Origin: Clostridiales bacterium
GTDB taxonomy: Bacteria > Bacillota > Clostridia > Saccharofermentanales > DTU023
Direction of reading: 5' to 3'
DNA: 64,000 nucleotides
Assembly: GCA_004556925.1 (NCBI GenBank)
Contig: SFFI01000004.1
Location: 9,298 to 73,297 of the forward strand
A program made the translations under genes and the position numbers. The first letter of the stretch is position 1, and every line of letters begins with the position of its first letter. The notes beneath the pieces were generated by a model. That model was not told the DNA's origin, searched no databases, and saw nothing but the letters and a program-made list of their open reading frames with translations. Below, piece by piece: positions 18,956 through 27,977 of the stretch.

Positions 18956-20220
18956 CCTTAGCTTACTTGCCGGATTCGCTGCTCGTCCTCTTTTTTGTCA
19001 TAAGCCTCATTCTTCTTATGGGCAGCATCCAGATTACTATCGCCCTGGTAGACCTAAAACCCACTGCCAAGGCTCTTGCCGCGAGGCTTGTAGTATTGGT
19101 ATCTTGTTTCGTGTCAGCCCAGGTCTTAGCGGAAATTGGCAGTGGGCAAATCCTAGTGGCAGCCTGGTTTACTGGTGTGACCTGGTATGTCTTGGCCAGT
19201 TTCTTTTTGCTTATTTTTATCGTGGAAATTATTTTCTGGCGAAAGATTCTCAGGGACCGCCGCAATACCATGGGGCATAACGCGATCAAGGAAAGTTTAG
19301 ATAATCTACCAGATGGTCTCTGTTTTTCCAAGTTAGACGGGACGCCCCTCCTGGTCAACAGGACCATGCAGGCAATCAGCTATGAGGTTTTTGGCAAATG
19401 GCTGGTGAACGATCTAGCCTGTAAGGTTGCCGTACAAGAGAATAGAATTACCCCTAACGCAGGTGTCCTGCAAAGGACGCCTTTGGTCATAGAGACCCGG
19501 CACAAGGTGTGGCTCATACAAGCACTTGAGCATGAAAAAGTCAGAGAAACTTTAGCCTATGACATCAGTCCAGAATGGGCCATACTGAGAGAAATTCAAA
19601 AGAAAAATGCAGAAATACAGGCTCTTAATGCCTGGCTCAAGGATTATCATCAAAAAGTGACTGCCTACACCAGGCAAAAAGAAATCTTGCAAGCTAAAAT
19701 CAATATCCACGACAAAATTGGTCAATCCTTGATCTACTTCAAACACTACTTGGCCAAAGAAGATAAAAGCGAGGCAGACCGCAAGAGTTTAATACAACTG
19801 TGGACAGAAAGTTTGCTGGTTTTAGAGAGCAAAGAGGAAAAACCGCAAATGCATTCATCCTGGGACCGACTCCTTGCCACAGCCCGGGCCATTGGCGTGG
19901 AGATTCAGGTGGAGGGCAAGCTGCCCCAAAGGGATACTGACCTCGCGATTCTGGTCAGTATCGTCCATGAAGCTTTGAATAACGCCGTACGGCATGGCCA
20001 GACCAAACATGTAGGGATAAATTTGCAGGAAGATACCATAAAATACTATTGCCAGATTAGCAATGATGGCCAGCTCTCCCCAGAAGTGATTACAGAAAAA
20101 GGGGGCTTAAAAAACATGCGGGAACGCTTAAAACACTTGGGTGGTGACCTGAGCATCATCACCCGGCCCCATTTTGAGCTGGTTGTCAATTGGCCAAAAG
20201 GAGCTAGTCATGCCTTATAA
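18952..20220 (+). CDS. sensor histidine kinase, HisKA_3 (NarL-partner) class
   Basis: 422 aa with 3-4 N-terminal TM segments. H-box NIHDKIGQSLIYF, N-box HEALNNAVRHG, G-region GGLKNMRERLKHLGGDL. Confidence 0.85.
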   Translation: MTLAYLPDSLLVLFFVISLILLMGSIQITIALVDLKPTAKALAARLVVLVSCFVSAQVLAEIGSGQILVAAWFTGVTWYVLASFFLLIFIVEIIFWRKILRDRRNTMGHNAIKESLDNLPDGLCFSKLDGTPLLVNRTMQAISYEVFGKWLVNDLACKVAVQENRITPNAGVLQRTPLVIETRHKVWLIQALEHEKVRETLAYDISPEWAILREIQKKNAEIQALNAWLKDYHQKVTAYTRQKEILQAKINIHDKIGQSLIYFKHYLAKEDKSEADRKSLIQLWTESLLVLESKEEKPQMHSSWDRLLATARAIGVEIQVEGKLPQRDTDLAILVSIVHEALNNAVRHGQTKHVGINLQEDTIKYYCQISNDGQLSPEVITEKGGLKNMRERLKHLGGDLSIITRPHFELVVNWPKGASHAL

Positions 20221-20833
20221 GATAATGATTGTAGATGATCAGTTTGTTTCACGCGAACTCTTCAAACTCTATGTCGAGCAGTCAGGCCAGTATGAAGTCG
20301 TCCATGCCATAGATTCTGCTATGTTTGCCGACACCTATGTTTTAAGAAGCGATATCGATTTGGTCATTATGGATATTCTTATGCAAGATGGCTCCAACGG
20401 TCTAGAAGCCGCTGAAAAAATTAAAGCCCTCAAGCCTGACATCAAGATTATCGCTGTCACCAGCATGCCAGAAGTATCTTGGATGGCGCGGGCCAAGCAA
20501 ATCGGCATTGACAGCTTTTGGTATAAAGAACTTTCCGAAAAAACAATTTTAGAGATCATGGACCGAACCTTAGCCGGGGAATCCATCTACCCGGCAGAGA
20601 CACCAGTAGTCCAACTTGGCTTGACTAGCTCCTCCGAACTCACTCCACGTGAAATCCAGGTCTTACGCCTGCTTACGACCGGCGCAGGCAACGAAGAAAT
20701 TGCCAGTAAATTACATATCTCCTCTAATACCGTCAAAACCCACATCAAACATCTTCTGGAAAAAACGGGCTTCACCAGTCGTACCCAGCTGGCAATTCAG
20801 TCCCGTATCACAGGGCTAGTGGTGGAAGATTAG
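20210..20833 (+). CDS. NarL/LuxR-family response regulator
   Basis: AAAAGGAG at 20197-20204 precedes ATG 20210, which overlaps the kinase stop. Receiver domain MPYKIMIVDDQ...DLVIMDILM; LuxR-type HTH LTPREIQVLRLLTTGAGNEEIASKLHISSNTVKTHIKHL. Confidence 0.9.
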   Translation: MPYKIMIVDDQFVSRELFKLYVEQSGQYEVVHAIDSAMFADTYVLRSDIDLVIMDILMQDGSNGLEAAEKIKALKPDIKIIAVTSMPEVSWMARAKQIGIDSFWYKELSEKTILEIMDRTLAGESIYPAETPVVQLGLTSSSELTPREIQVLRLLTTGAGNEEIASKLHISSNTVKTHIKHLLEKTGFTSRTQLAIQSRITGLVVED

Positions 20834-20871
20834 GGATTTATGGGCTTCAACAGGCAACAATGAAATTTAGC

Positions 20872-22623
20872 CTAACGATACATGCTCCTTTGCTCTTCGT
20901 AGGCCCTACGATATTGTGTATCGGCCGCAAGCATTTCTTCATGGCTGCCCGCAAAAATAACTTTCCCCTCTTGCAGGTGGAGGATCTCATCAGCATATGT
21001 CGCTATGCCTAGGCGATGGGTAACAATAATAAGGATTTTATTGTGAGCTTCCTGACAGACTAGGTCTAGAATTTCCTGCTCATTTAATGCATCCATTGCA
21101 CTAGTAGGCTCATCCAAAATCCAAATGTCGCTTTCTTGATGAAGAAGGAGGCGGGCGATAGTAAAACGTTGCCATTGTCCTTTAGAGAAAAAGATATCAT
21201 GCCCCACTTTTCCCTCTAAACCCAAGGGGCAAGCCTTGACTAGCTCCCAAAGTTTCACCTTTTTAAGTACAGAAATGATATCCTCGTCCGAGCACTCTGT
21301 ACAAAAGAAGCTTTCTCGGATGGTCAGGGACAGCATTGGGTAAGACTGGCTAACGTAGGACGTTTGCTGGCGAAGAACTTGGCAATCCGCTAGCTCTGGC
21401 TCTTGGGAATTAAGGTGTATTGCTTGTGGAGAATGACGTACGTGATCTTCACCAATATAGTAAATGGCACCTTGCGAAGGTTGATACAAACCGGCAATTA
21501 AGTTTAGGAGTGAGGTCTTACCCGCTCCATTAGGGCCAATGATGAGCAGCACCTCTCCCCTTTTCATATTAAACGAACATTTATTAACCGCCAGCAGGTC
21601 ATCATAGCATAGAGAAACATTTTTAAGGATCAGACTAGAAATAGGCTGCCCGCCAGTAGCAAGCTTATCTATAGCAAAAGCTTGGAGTTCAAAATAATTA
21701 CGGACATTATAGAGCGCTTCTTTGTCTCGAGCTAAGGTTGTGAGAGCTCTGCTTAGCTCTGTGTAAAACAAAAATAAGCTCATTAGAATAACAATGAAAT
21801 TTTCTGGATTAAGATGACGACTTTGAACATTAAATAACAATATAACACCAGATATAAAAACGCCCAAACCCATGAGCCACCAGGTCCTCACTTCAACTTG
21901 TTCTACACGTTTCTTTATCATATTGTTGGTCTGATAGAAAGAAGTATAGGTTGCGTGTGTTTTGTCTTTGAAATAATCAACCGCATTATTCATCACTATC
22001 TCAGCATGATTTTTTTCAAAATCCAGCAAATCTGTATAGTAGCGTTTACGACTATGGTCTCTAAGGACTATTGCTCGAGCTTCTTCTTGCTTACCTTCTA
22101 AGCGAGTATTAAACCACTGCGCTATGCCGATAAAAAATAAAGTTGCAAAAATAAATACAAGTCCACCCTGCCAAGCCAAGTAGATGAAAATACAAAAATG
22201 TGCAAGGACACTGATATAGTCGCTCATGTTAACCGCAAGCATGGCAAGGGCACTCGTACTGTTTTCTAACACCTCCTGTAGCAAGCTTTGAAAATGATTA
22301 GAATAGAGTGTGCTGTATGGTACATGTGCACTTTTTCTTAATACATCTTCATAGATCGAAAGTTCCAGCTTTTCTTCTATCTTATTCATGGTGACATTAA
22401 TAAAAACTACAAGCAATTCGCAAAGAGCGGCTAGGACAAGGCTCACCATAAGAGATTTGTTGGCTTTTGCATCTGGAGAGTTGATAAGCACAACACCAAA
22501 GTAGGCACTCAGTAAGAAGGCGATATTGCGTACAATTTCAAATGAACAAAGTACCAGGTAGACCAGATACTTATGCCCTGCAAGTGTAAATATTAAGTGT
22601 AGTGCTCTAAAATAATCTCGCAT
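20872..22623 (-). CDS. ABC exporter, fused permease/ATPase half-transporter
   Basis: 583 aa. N-terminal ~300-aa TM domain; Walker A GPNGAGKTS; signature FSKGQWQR; Walker B IWILDEPTSAMD. Visibly A/T-richer than the flanking genes. Confidence 0.85.
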   Translation of the reverse strand: MRDYFRALHLIFTLAGHKYLVYLVLCSFEIVRNIAFLLSAYFGVVLINSPDAKANKSLMVSLVLAALCELLVVFINVTMNKIEEKLELSIYEDVLRKSAHVPYSTLYSNHFQSLLQEVLENSTSALAMLAVNMSDYISVLAHFCIFIYLAWQGGLVFIFATLFFIGIAQWFNTRLEGKQEEARAIVLRDHSRKRYYTDLLDFEKNHAEIVMNNAVDYFKDKTHATYTSFYQTNNMIKKRVEQVEVRTWWLMGLGVFISGVILLFNVQSRHLNPENFIVILMSLFLFYTELSRALTTLARDKEALYNVRNYFELQAFAIDKLATGGQPISSLILKNVSLCYDDLLAVNKCSFNMKRGEVLLIIGPNGAGKTSLLNLIAGLYQPSQGAIYYIGEDHVRHSPQAIHLNSQEPELADCQVLRQQTSYVSQSYPMLSLTIRESFFCTECSDEDIISVLKKVKLWELVKACPLGLEGKVGHDIFFSKGQWQRFTIARLLLHQESDIWILDEPTSAMDALNEQEILDLVCQEAHNKILIIVTHRLGIATYADEILHLQEGKVIFAGSHEEMLAADTQYRRAYEEQRSMYR

Positions 22624-22677
22624 CTGCCCCTACCCTAGTTTGTGCTAATTGTGGTCCACGAATATCGTGCAGACCGA

Positions 22678-24459
22678 TTACTGGTACATTTGAGCTTGCG
22701 CCATGTACATTTCATAGTAAGTTCCTTTAGCCGAGATTAATTCTTCGTGACGACCATCTTCAATAATTTCTCCATTCTTCATAACAATAATCCGATCAGA
22801 TAAGCCGGCAAATCCTATGCGGTGGGTCACAAGGAGGGAGGATTTCTTGGCCGCTAAGCTTTTGTACATCTGGAAGAAATCATGCTCCATATGGGGATCC
22901 AGTGATGCGGTGGGCTCGTCTAACAAAAATAATGAGCTATCTTTTGCCAGCGCTCGACACAAAGCGACACGCTGTTCTTGCCCCTTACTTAGTTCAATGC
23001 CGTCAGGGAATACATGCTGTCCCAGCGGGGTATTTAAGGCACTTGGTAAGCATTGGGCAAAAGAAAGTAAGTGCTGCATCAGAGGATCCGACCACGCCAT
23101 GGGCTCAAGGTCAGCAGAATTGTGCTGGTGCCCACTAGGTTTTTTAGAAAAATAAATGTTATGACTCAAGCTGTCTTCAAAAATAACAAAATCCTGTAGA
23201 CATATGCCCAAGTGCGCAAAGTAGGATTCCGCATTCAACCCCTCTAGGGGTTGACCATTGACATATATAGCGCCAGAACTTGGCTTATTCAGGCCCATGA
23301 TCAGCTTAAGCAAAGTCGTTTTACCAGAGCCATTCGCACCAATGATGCTAACCCCTTGCTCTGTATTCCAGGTAAAATTAATATTCTTTAAAATAGGCTT
23401 ACTGGGTTCATAAGAAAAAGAAACATTCTCTAAACGGATCTCCTTGATTGTATCAAGATCCTGTCCGGTTTCAGAGTATTGCGCTTCATCTAGATTATCT
23501 GAGGCGCTTATTTTGAGAATAGACCGTGCTTGTTCAAATTGAAACAGAGCATCAGTAAAGGGGTCTAGCTGCGATAATAGACCATAAACCGTTGTCACTG
23601 TAGCGATAAAACTACCTAAATTCATAGTGGCGTGTGTGGCGATTTGATAGATAATAAGGCCCAGAGACAGAACAAGGAAACCCTTAATTAAGGGATAAGC
23701 AATGGCATTAATATGCCGTAATTGATAGCGTTTATTGAGGCCCTCACGGAAAGCAGTAATGGACTTTTGAGCAATTTGCTCTTCATAACCATATATTTTG
23801 ATGTCATGCATGCACTCAGTATCAAATAAAATATTGCGGTAGTATTCCGCCACCTTATCCTCAGGAACATTGGCAATAAATAAATTGACCTGCTGCTTTC
23901 TCATATAAAACTTTAAGCAGAAAGTTATAGAAGCTAGTATCAGTACATAGATTAGATATTGGGGGAAAAGATAAGAAATGATCGCAATACTTGTGAGAGC
24001 ATAAATGAGGAATTTAAAGATATTGCATTTCGAACTATTATACGTAGGGATATAAGCAAGGGCCCGTTTTCGCATGTGTCTTTTGGCATTGTAGTCACTT
24101 GAGTAATAAGCATTATTGACTATGTGGGAAAACTCTTCAAAATACTTTGCAAAACCTTCAGGGACCTCCCTTTCGCTGTATAAGCGCTGTACTTGCTTAT
24201 AGCGAGCATTCAGAAAAGGCAAAATAAAAAAAGTGAGAAATACAAGACCCGCTAATAGAAAGACTCGGTGTAATAAGCTTAGATGAGTATTGAAAATAAA
24301 ATACTGCAGGCCCGCTAATAGAATATTAGCCAAGCCCAAAGCAAGACTGATCACAATAACTCTACTAGCTCGCTTCAAATGGCTCCACCTCACACAATAA
24401 ACAGTCAGTATTATTAACGGCACTTTTATTAAGGACGTATGGTCTACCCATATTAACAA
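22678..24459 (-). CDS. ABC exporter, fused permease/ATPase half-transporter (probable heterodimer partner)
   Basis: 593 aa. Walker A GANGSGKTT; signature LSKGQEQR; Walker B LFLLDEPTASLD. The track start is a TTG with no convincing RBS, so the true start may be internal. Confidence 0.8.
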   Translation of the reverse strand: MLIWVDHTSLIKVPLIILTVYCVRWSHLKRASRVIVISLALGLANILLAGLQYFIFNTHLSLLHRVFLLAGLVFLTFFILPFLNARYKQVQRLYSEREVPEGFAKYFEEFSHIVNNAYYSSDYNAKRHMRKRALAYIPTYNSSKCNIFKFLIYALTSIAIISYLFPQYLIYVLILASITFCLKFYMRKQQVNLFIANVPEDKVAEYYRNILFDTECMHDIKIYGYEEQIAQKSITAFREGLNKRYQLRHINAIAYPLIKGFLVLSLGLIIYQIATHATMNLGSFIATVTTVYGLLSQLDPFTDALFQFEQARSILKISASDNLDEAQYSETGQDLDTIKEIRLENVSFSYEPSKPILKNINFTWNTEQGVSIIGANGSGKTTLLKLIMGLNKPSSGAIYVNGQPLEGLNAESYFAHLGICLQDFVIFEDSLSHNIYFSKKPSGHQHNSADLEPMAWSDPLMQHLLSFAQCLPSALNTPLGQHVFPDGIELSKGQEQRVALCRALAKDSSLFLLDEPTASLDPHMEHDFFQMYKSLAAKKSSLLVTHRIGFAGLSDRIIVMKNGEIIEDGRHEELISAKGTYYEMYMAQAQMYQ

Positions 24460-24488
24460 ATTTTAGCCAGCATTATAGTTTTATGCAG

Positions 24489-24532
24489 AAAGCAAACAGC
24501 GCCCCATCGGAGGGAGGAGCGCTGTTTGCTTT
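24489..24532. terminator. strong 14-bp-stem hairpin, terminator-like
   Basis: AAAGCAAACAGCGC-16 nt-GCGCTGTTTGCTTT with T-rich sequence after it on both strands. It lies between the small-ORF remnant and the ABC operon. Confidence 0.5.
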
Positions 24533-24621
24533 TAGCATTTACCGCTAAAGGAGAGAGCGAGCTAGGTTCGTAGCTAGCTTGCGTTAAGCGTGCGAATTCT
24601 TTATTTCTTGGTCCCGGTCCG

Positions 24622-24927
24622 CTAATTTCTGAAGGTAAGATAAAAGACAAAACCTGATACCAGCAGGAGCCAGAATAGGCCACGGGCATTCTGGAACTTC
24701 GTGCCATCAAACTTCTCCATGCTGGCATAGAAATTGGCAGCAAAGGCTAGAAGGCCGCTGAAAAGCTCAATTAAAAGTGAGCAGTAGAAAAGCTTGGTAA
24801 AATTGATGGGAACGCTGCCCATGGTTGGGTTGATTTTGGGCCATACCAAAATTCGGTTGGTAGGAGCTAGCTATTGGTCGGCTAAGCTACCACTCAAAGC
24901 ACCCGTAAAAGCTCTAATAAATCCCAT
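24622..24927 (-). pseudogene. gene remnant: 18-codon ORF with good RBS, interrupted by an in-frame TAG and continuing into a 75-aa two-TM ORF
   Basis: GAGGAA sits just upstream of ATG 24927. The translation MGFIRAFTGALSGSLADQ is followed by TAG (24873-24871), and the same frame continues to 24622. From memory, the N-terminal peptide resembles SPFH/COG4260-type proteins, where W (TGG) follows ADQ. Confidence 0.35.
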
Positions 24928-25197
24928 AATTTCCTCACTCTTCAGTTACCTCAGTTGCAATAACCAATCATGGAGCAGCTGAGCACATTTATGCTTCCAT
25001 ACTCTGATAATAAATGGCCCCAGATACTTTGAAGTCCTCACAAAGGATGATTTATTGATTATCTGAAAGAAAATCTTTCACCAGCAATTAGAAATCTATA
25101 ACCAGCAAGTACATTGGTGGGCAAATGCTTAAGGCCCCAGCTTTGATGCGGAATTTATTTTTCAATTTTTCACTGACATTTCGGGTACAATTGTCCC

Positions 25198-25226
25198 TTG
25201 CCCCGATGGTCTGACCTTGCTATATT
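25198..25226 (+). promoter_or_regulatory. candidate ssrA promoter
   Basis: TTGCCC (25198-25203), 17-nt spacer, TATATT (25221-25226), about 22 nt upstream of the mature tmRNA 5' end. Confidence 0.45.
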
Positions 25227-25248
25227 AAATTAGCTTCATTAGCCCCAT

Positions 25249-25625
25249 GGGGGTGAACTGGTTTCGACGGGATCGTAGAAATTAGGGAAGCGGGCAGAGG
25301 GCTCCGTGGGCCTCTTTAAAAAACGGAACAAACATTAAATGCCAACAAACCGGCACTTGCAGCTGCATAGTAATGCCTGCCATGGAACCGGACCTATCTG
25401 CGGGCCGGACCTCCATGTAAAAGAGCAGACCTTTACTCTTAGAGGTTAAAGAGTGACCCTGATGGCCTAAGCTTTGCCGCCATTTAGTATTCATGAAGCT
25501 ACCGGACACCTGCCGCCCCGCTGTTAGGCACAGGTAAAGGGGAATACTCCATATAACAGCTGCGCCCGGAGATGCCTTAATGGACATGGTTTCGGACAGG
25601 AGTTCGACTCTCCTCACCTCCACCA
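25249..25625 (+). ncRNA. ssrA: transfer-messenger RNA (tmRNA)
   Basis: 5' end GGGGGTGAACTGGTTTCGACGGG and 3' end GGAGTTCGACTCTCCTCACCTCCACCA (tRNA-Ala-like acceptor/T-arm). The internal tag reading frame ends ...AAC AAA CCG GCA CTT GCA GCT GCA TAG TAA (...NKPALAAA plus two stops). The resume codon is not resolved. Confidence 0.93.
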
Positions 25626-25630
25626 TAAAT

Positions 25631-25690
25631 AAAGAGAGCGGTCTCGCTACACGTTCGTGTTTTGAGACTGCTCTCTTTATTTGTTTTTCT
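25631..25690 (+). terminator. ssrA intrinsic terminator
   Basis: AAAGAGAGCGGTCTC-loop-GAGACTGCTCTCTTT followed by ATTTGTTTTT. Confidence 0.75.
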
Positions 25691-25739
25691 CTTAATCTGT
25701 TTAAGCGAAATCTTTTTAAGCGAAGCTAAAACACTTAAT

Positions 25740-27089
25740 CTATTTCAGCGAAGCTAAAACACGGTCGAGATCGGCTGCATTGCTCGTCACATCAACTACC
25801 GGAGCCGGGAAGCCATCAGTATCGACGGCGTCGATTTGATAAGCGACGAGAGTTCCGGGGGTGAGGTCTTTCGCATCAAGATTGGTGAAGAAACGGGCAA
25901 TCAGGTCTTCTTTCATGAACTTGAGCATACCATCATCCGTCAGGAAGTCGGTGCTCTCACGGTCTTTGTAATTCCATTTCGCGACGATCCCAGCGTCAGT
26001 ACGGTTATCCACGAGGTAGATCTTGACGTTTGCATCCAGGGCTTTCTGGTTCAGTTCGCCGACCATCTTGTTGATGGCGTCGTCGGAGGGATTGGCAAAG
26101 AGAACGTAGGTCTTACCGGGCTGGTCCAGGAGCCAGACGAGCTGAGCATAGTTAATCGGATAAAGGGCGAGTTCGTCAGCATCGGCCAGTGAGGGAAATT
26201 TACTCTTCAGAGCGGCCACCTTGTCATAGCTGGCGACTTCAATCTTGTTGTCCTTGATGAATTGGAAGAGTTTCTCCAGGCGTCCTTCAAAGGCTTCCGT
26301 GATGTACTCGCGTTCGGGATTGCCTTCAGCGTCTTTGATCACTTCACCATTGGCATCTTTTTTGCTGACATATACCCCGTTGGCATCGCGGTCGACCATT
26401 TCTTCAAAAGCATAGATGATCGGGTACTTGTCACGTTCCACATCAGCAGAAGAGTTGTTTTCTTTATTGTCCTTATTGTAGAGGAAGAGGAAAGGCTCCT
26501 GTAATCTGGCTACAGTTGTCTCTTTTCCTTCGGCGTTGGTATAGGTGATAGCAGCTTCGGTGCTAGAGGGATACTCGACCCAGTCATCCAGATTATCCAG
26601 ATATTGGCTGATGATTTCGCCATACATGTAGTTGTAGTTCACACCGACATTCTCTTTGCCGTTGGTCATTCGGATGAAGGTGTTACCATCGGCCTTGTTG
26701 TCAAAGTGAAAATCATACATGTAAATTTTTTCGATGCCATAGCTTTTGGCCAGCTTCTGGACGGCGGGAGCGAGCGCACGGGTGTTGTGGCACCAGGAGC
26801 CGCTGAATTGGATCAGATAATTTCCTTCAGAATTCAGGATTTCAAGCAGGTGATCGTAATTGATGATTTCGTAAACGATCTCCTTGTCTTCGAAGGTTTC
26901 GATTTTTCCCTGGTGGTCTTCATCAGCCAGAGAATGGGCATTGTAGTCGCCATACATGTAGTCGTTCTCAAAATCGAAATCGGGGGCACTCGGCATTTTG
27001 GCTTCTTCTGCAGCCACGCTGAGGTTACCAGTAAAGAACATTCCTGCAAGGAGCAGGAGGCTGAGCAAAAAAGAAATTGTTTTTTTCAT
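25740..27089 (-). CDS. secreted thioredoxin-fold-like protein, function unknown
   Basis: 449 aa with signal peptide MKKTISFLLSLLLLAGMFFTGNLSVAAEE. The segment LIQFSGSWCHNTRALAP resembles a thioredoxin WCXXC site with the second Cys lost. The protein is acidic. Confidence 0.75.
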   Translation of the reverse strand: MKKTISFLLSLLLLAGMFFTGNLSVAAEEAKMPSAPDFDFENDYMYGDYNAHSLADEDHQGKIETFEDKEIVYEIINYDHLLEILNSEGNYLIQFSGSWCHNTRALAPAVQKLAKSYGIEKIYMYDFHFDNKADGNTFIRMTNGKENVGVNYNYMYGEIISQYLDNLDDWVEYPSSTEAAITYTNAEGKETTVARLQEPFLFLYNKDNKENNSSADVERDKYPIIYAFEEMVDRDANGVYVSKKDANGEVIKDAEGNPEREYITEAFEGRLEKLFQFIKDNKIEVASYDKVAALKSKFPSLADADELALYPINYAQLVWLLDQPGKTYVLFANPSDDAINKMVGELNQKALDANVKIYLVDNRTDAGIVAKWNYKDRESTDFLTDDGMLKFMKEDLIARFFTNLDAKDLTPGTLVAYQIDAVDTDGFPAPVVDVTSNAADLDRVLASLK

Positions 27090-27327
27090 AAGAACCTTCT
27101 TTCTTTCTTTCTTTATTCAAATTTGTTTTTGGCAAATTTGTTTCGAATCAATGCTAGACCAACTTGGCTAGACTAACTTGCACGCAAGGACTGAAGCTTA
27201 CTGTAGTTACTGCCAGCTAGTCAACTTCTCGATTGTTATCGCTTGCGCTCAAGAGCTAACACATGGATCATGGATTATGGCCCTGAGAGTTCTGAGGGCT
27301 ACCATTAGACGCTACTTAAGCCAAGAT

Positions 27328-27822
27328 CTAACACATGGGCGGAGCCTCTTCTTCAGCCGGCGCGGAACCACCATCACCACCATTGGCTGCAAAAGTAGCT
27401 TCGAGGCTGGTAAATTCTTGGTAATTCTCAAGGCTGCTCTGCTCTTCAGGGCTCAGATAGGCATCAAGAATTTCACGCGCTTCCGTGATCTTTGCGAGGA
27501 TATCGTCATCGCTCAATTCGTCGGCAATCTTGCGCTTGTCGCTGATAATTGCTGCTTTCATGGCCAGGTTGGCATAAGCTTTTTTCTTTTCCACAAACGT
27601 TTCTTTTTCGCTGACACGCTCGTCACATTTGAGATTTTTATCGAGCGCCTGCCAGTATTTTTCGGCTCTGTCGAGTTCGGCCTTGCTGGCCTCGTCATAA
27701 TGGATATCGCCCAGCTCACGTACCGCCGCATCAAAGCGGGTTACGGAGAGTTTGGCGCTCACGAAGGTCATCAGGCCGCTGACAAGAAGCAAAAGGATAA
27801 GAAACAGACTGGACTTCTTCAT
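27328..27822 (-). CDS. small signal-anchored protein, function unknown
   Basis: 164 aa. N-terminal MKKSSLFLILLLLVSGLMTFVSA, a helical charged body, and a G/P/E-rich tail ending in Cys. It lies between the transporter and the thioredoxin-like gene on the same strand. Confidence 0.65.
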   Translation of the reverse strand: MKKSSLFLILLLLVSGLMTFVSAKLSVTRFDAAVRELGDIHYDEASKAELDRAEKYWQALDKNLKCDERVSEKETFVEKKKAYANLAMKAAIISDKRKIADELSDDDILAKITEAREILDAYLSPEEQSSLENYQEFTSLEATFAANGGDGGSAPAEEEAPPMC

Positions 27823-27977
27823 AGGGACTTCCTTTCTTTGTACATTTCAATCGGACTCCGTCCTCCTGAGGGCGGAGTCCCAGGCCGATCAGTCCTTGAT
27901 AATCGGCGCTTTGAGAGAGCTTGCTCAAGTGTGTTCCATTCACCGGGTCTCTCGGGAAAAGAGCACTCATGCTCTGT

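Noticed and set aside
24472-24477. TATAAT hexamer as the promoter of the ABC operon
   Set aside because: It lies only 13 nt from the annotated TTG start and has no acceptable -35 element. It cannot be supported unless the true start codon is further downstream.
25282-25626. 114-aa minus-strand ORF
   Set aside because: It lies entirely antisense within the tmRNA gene.
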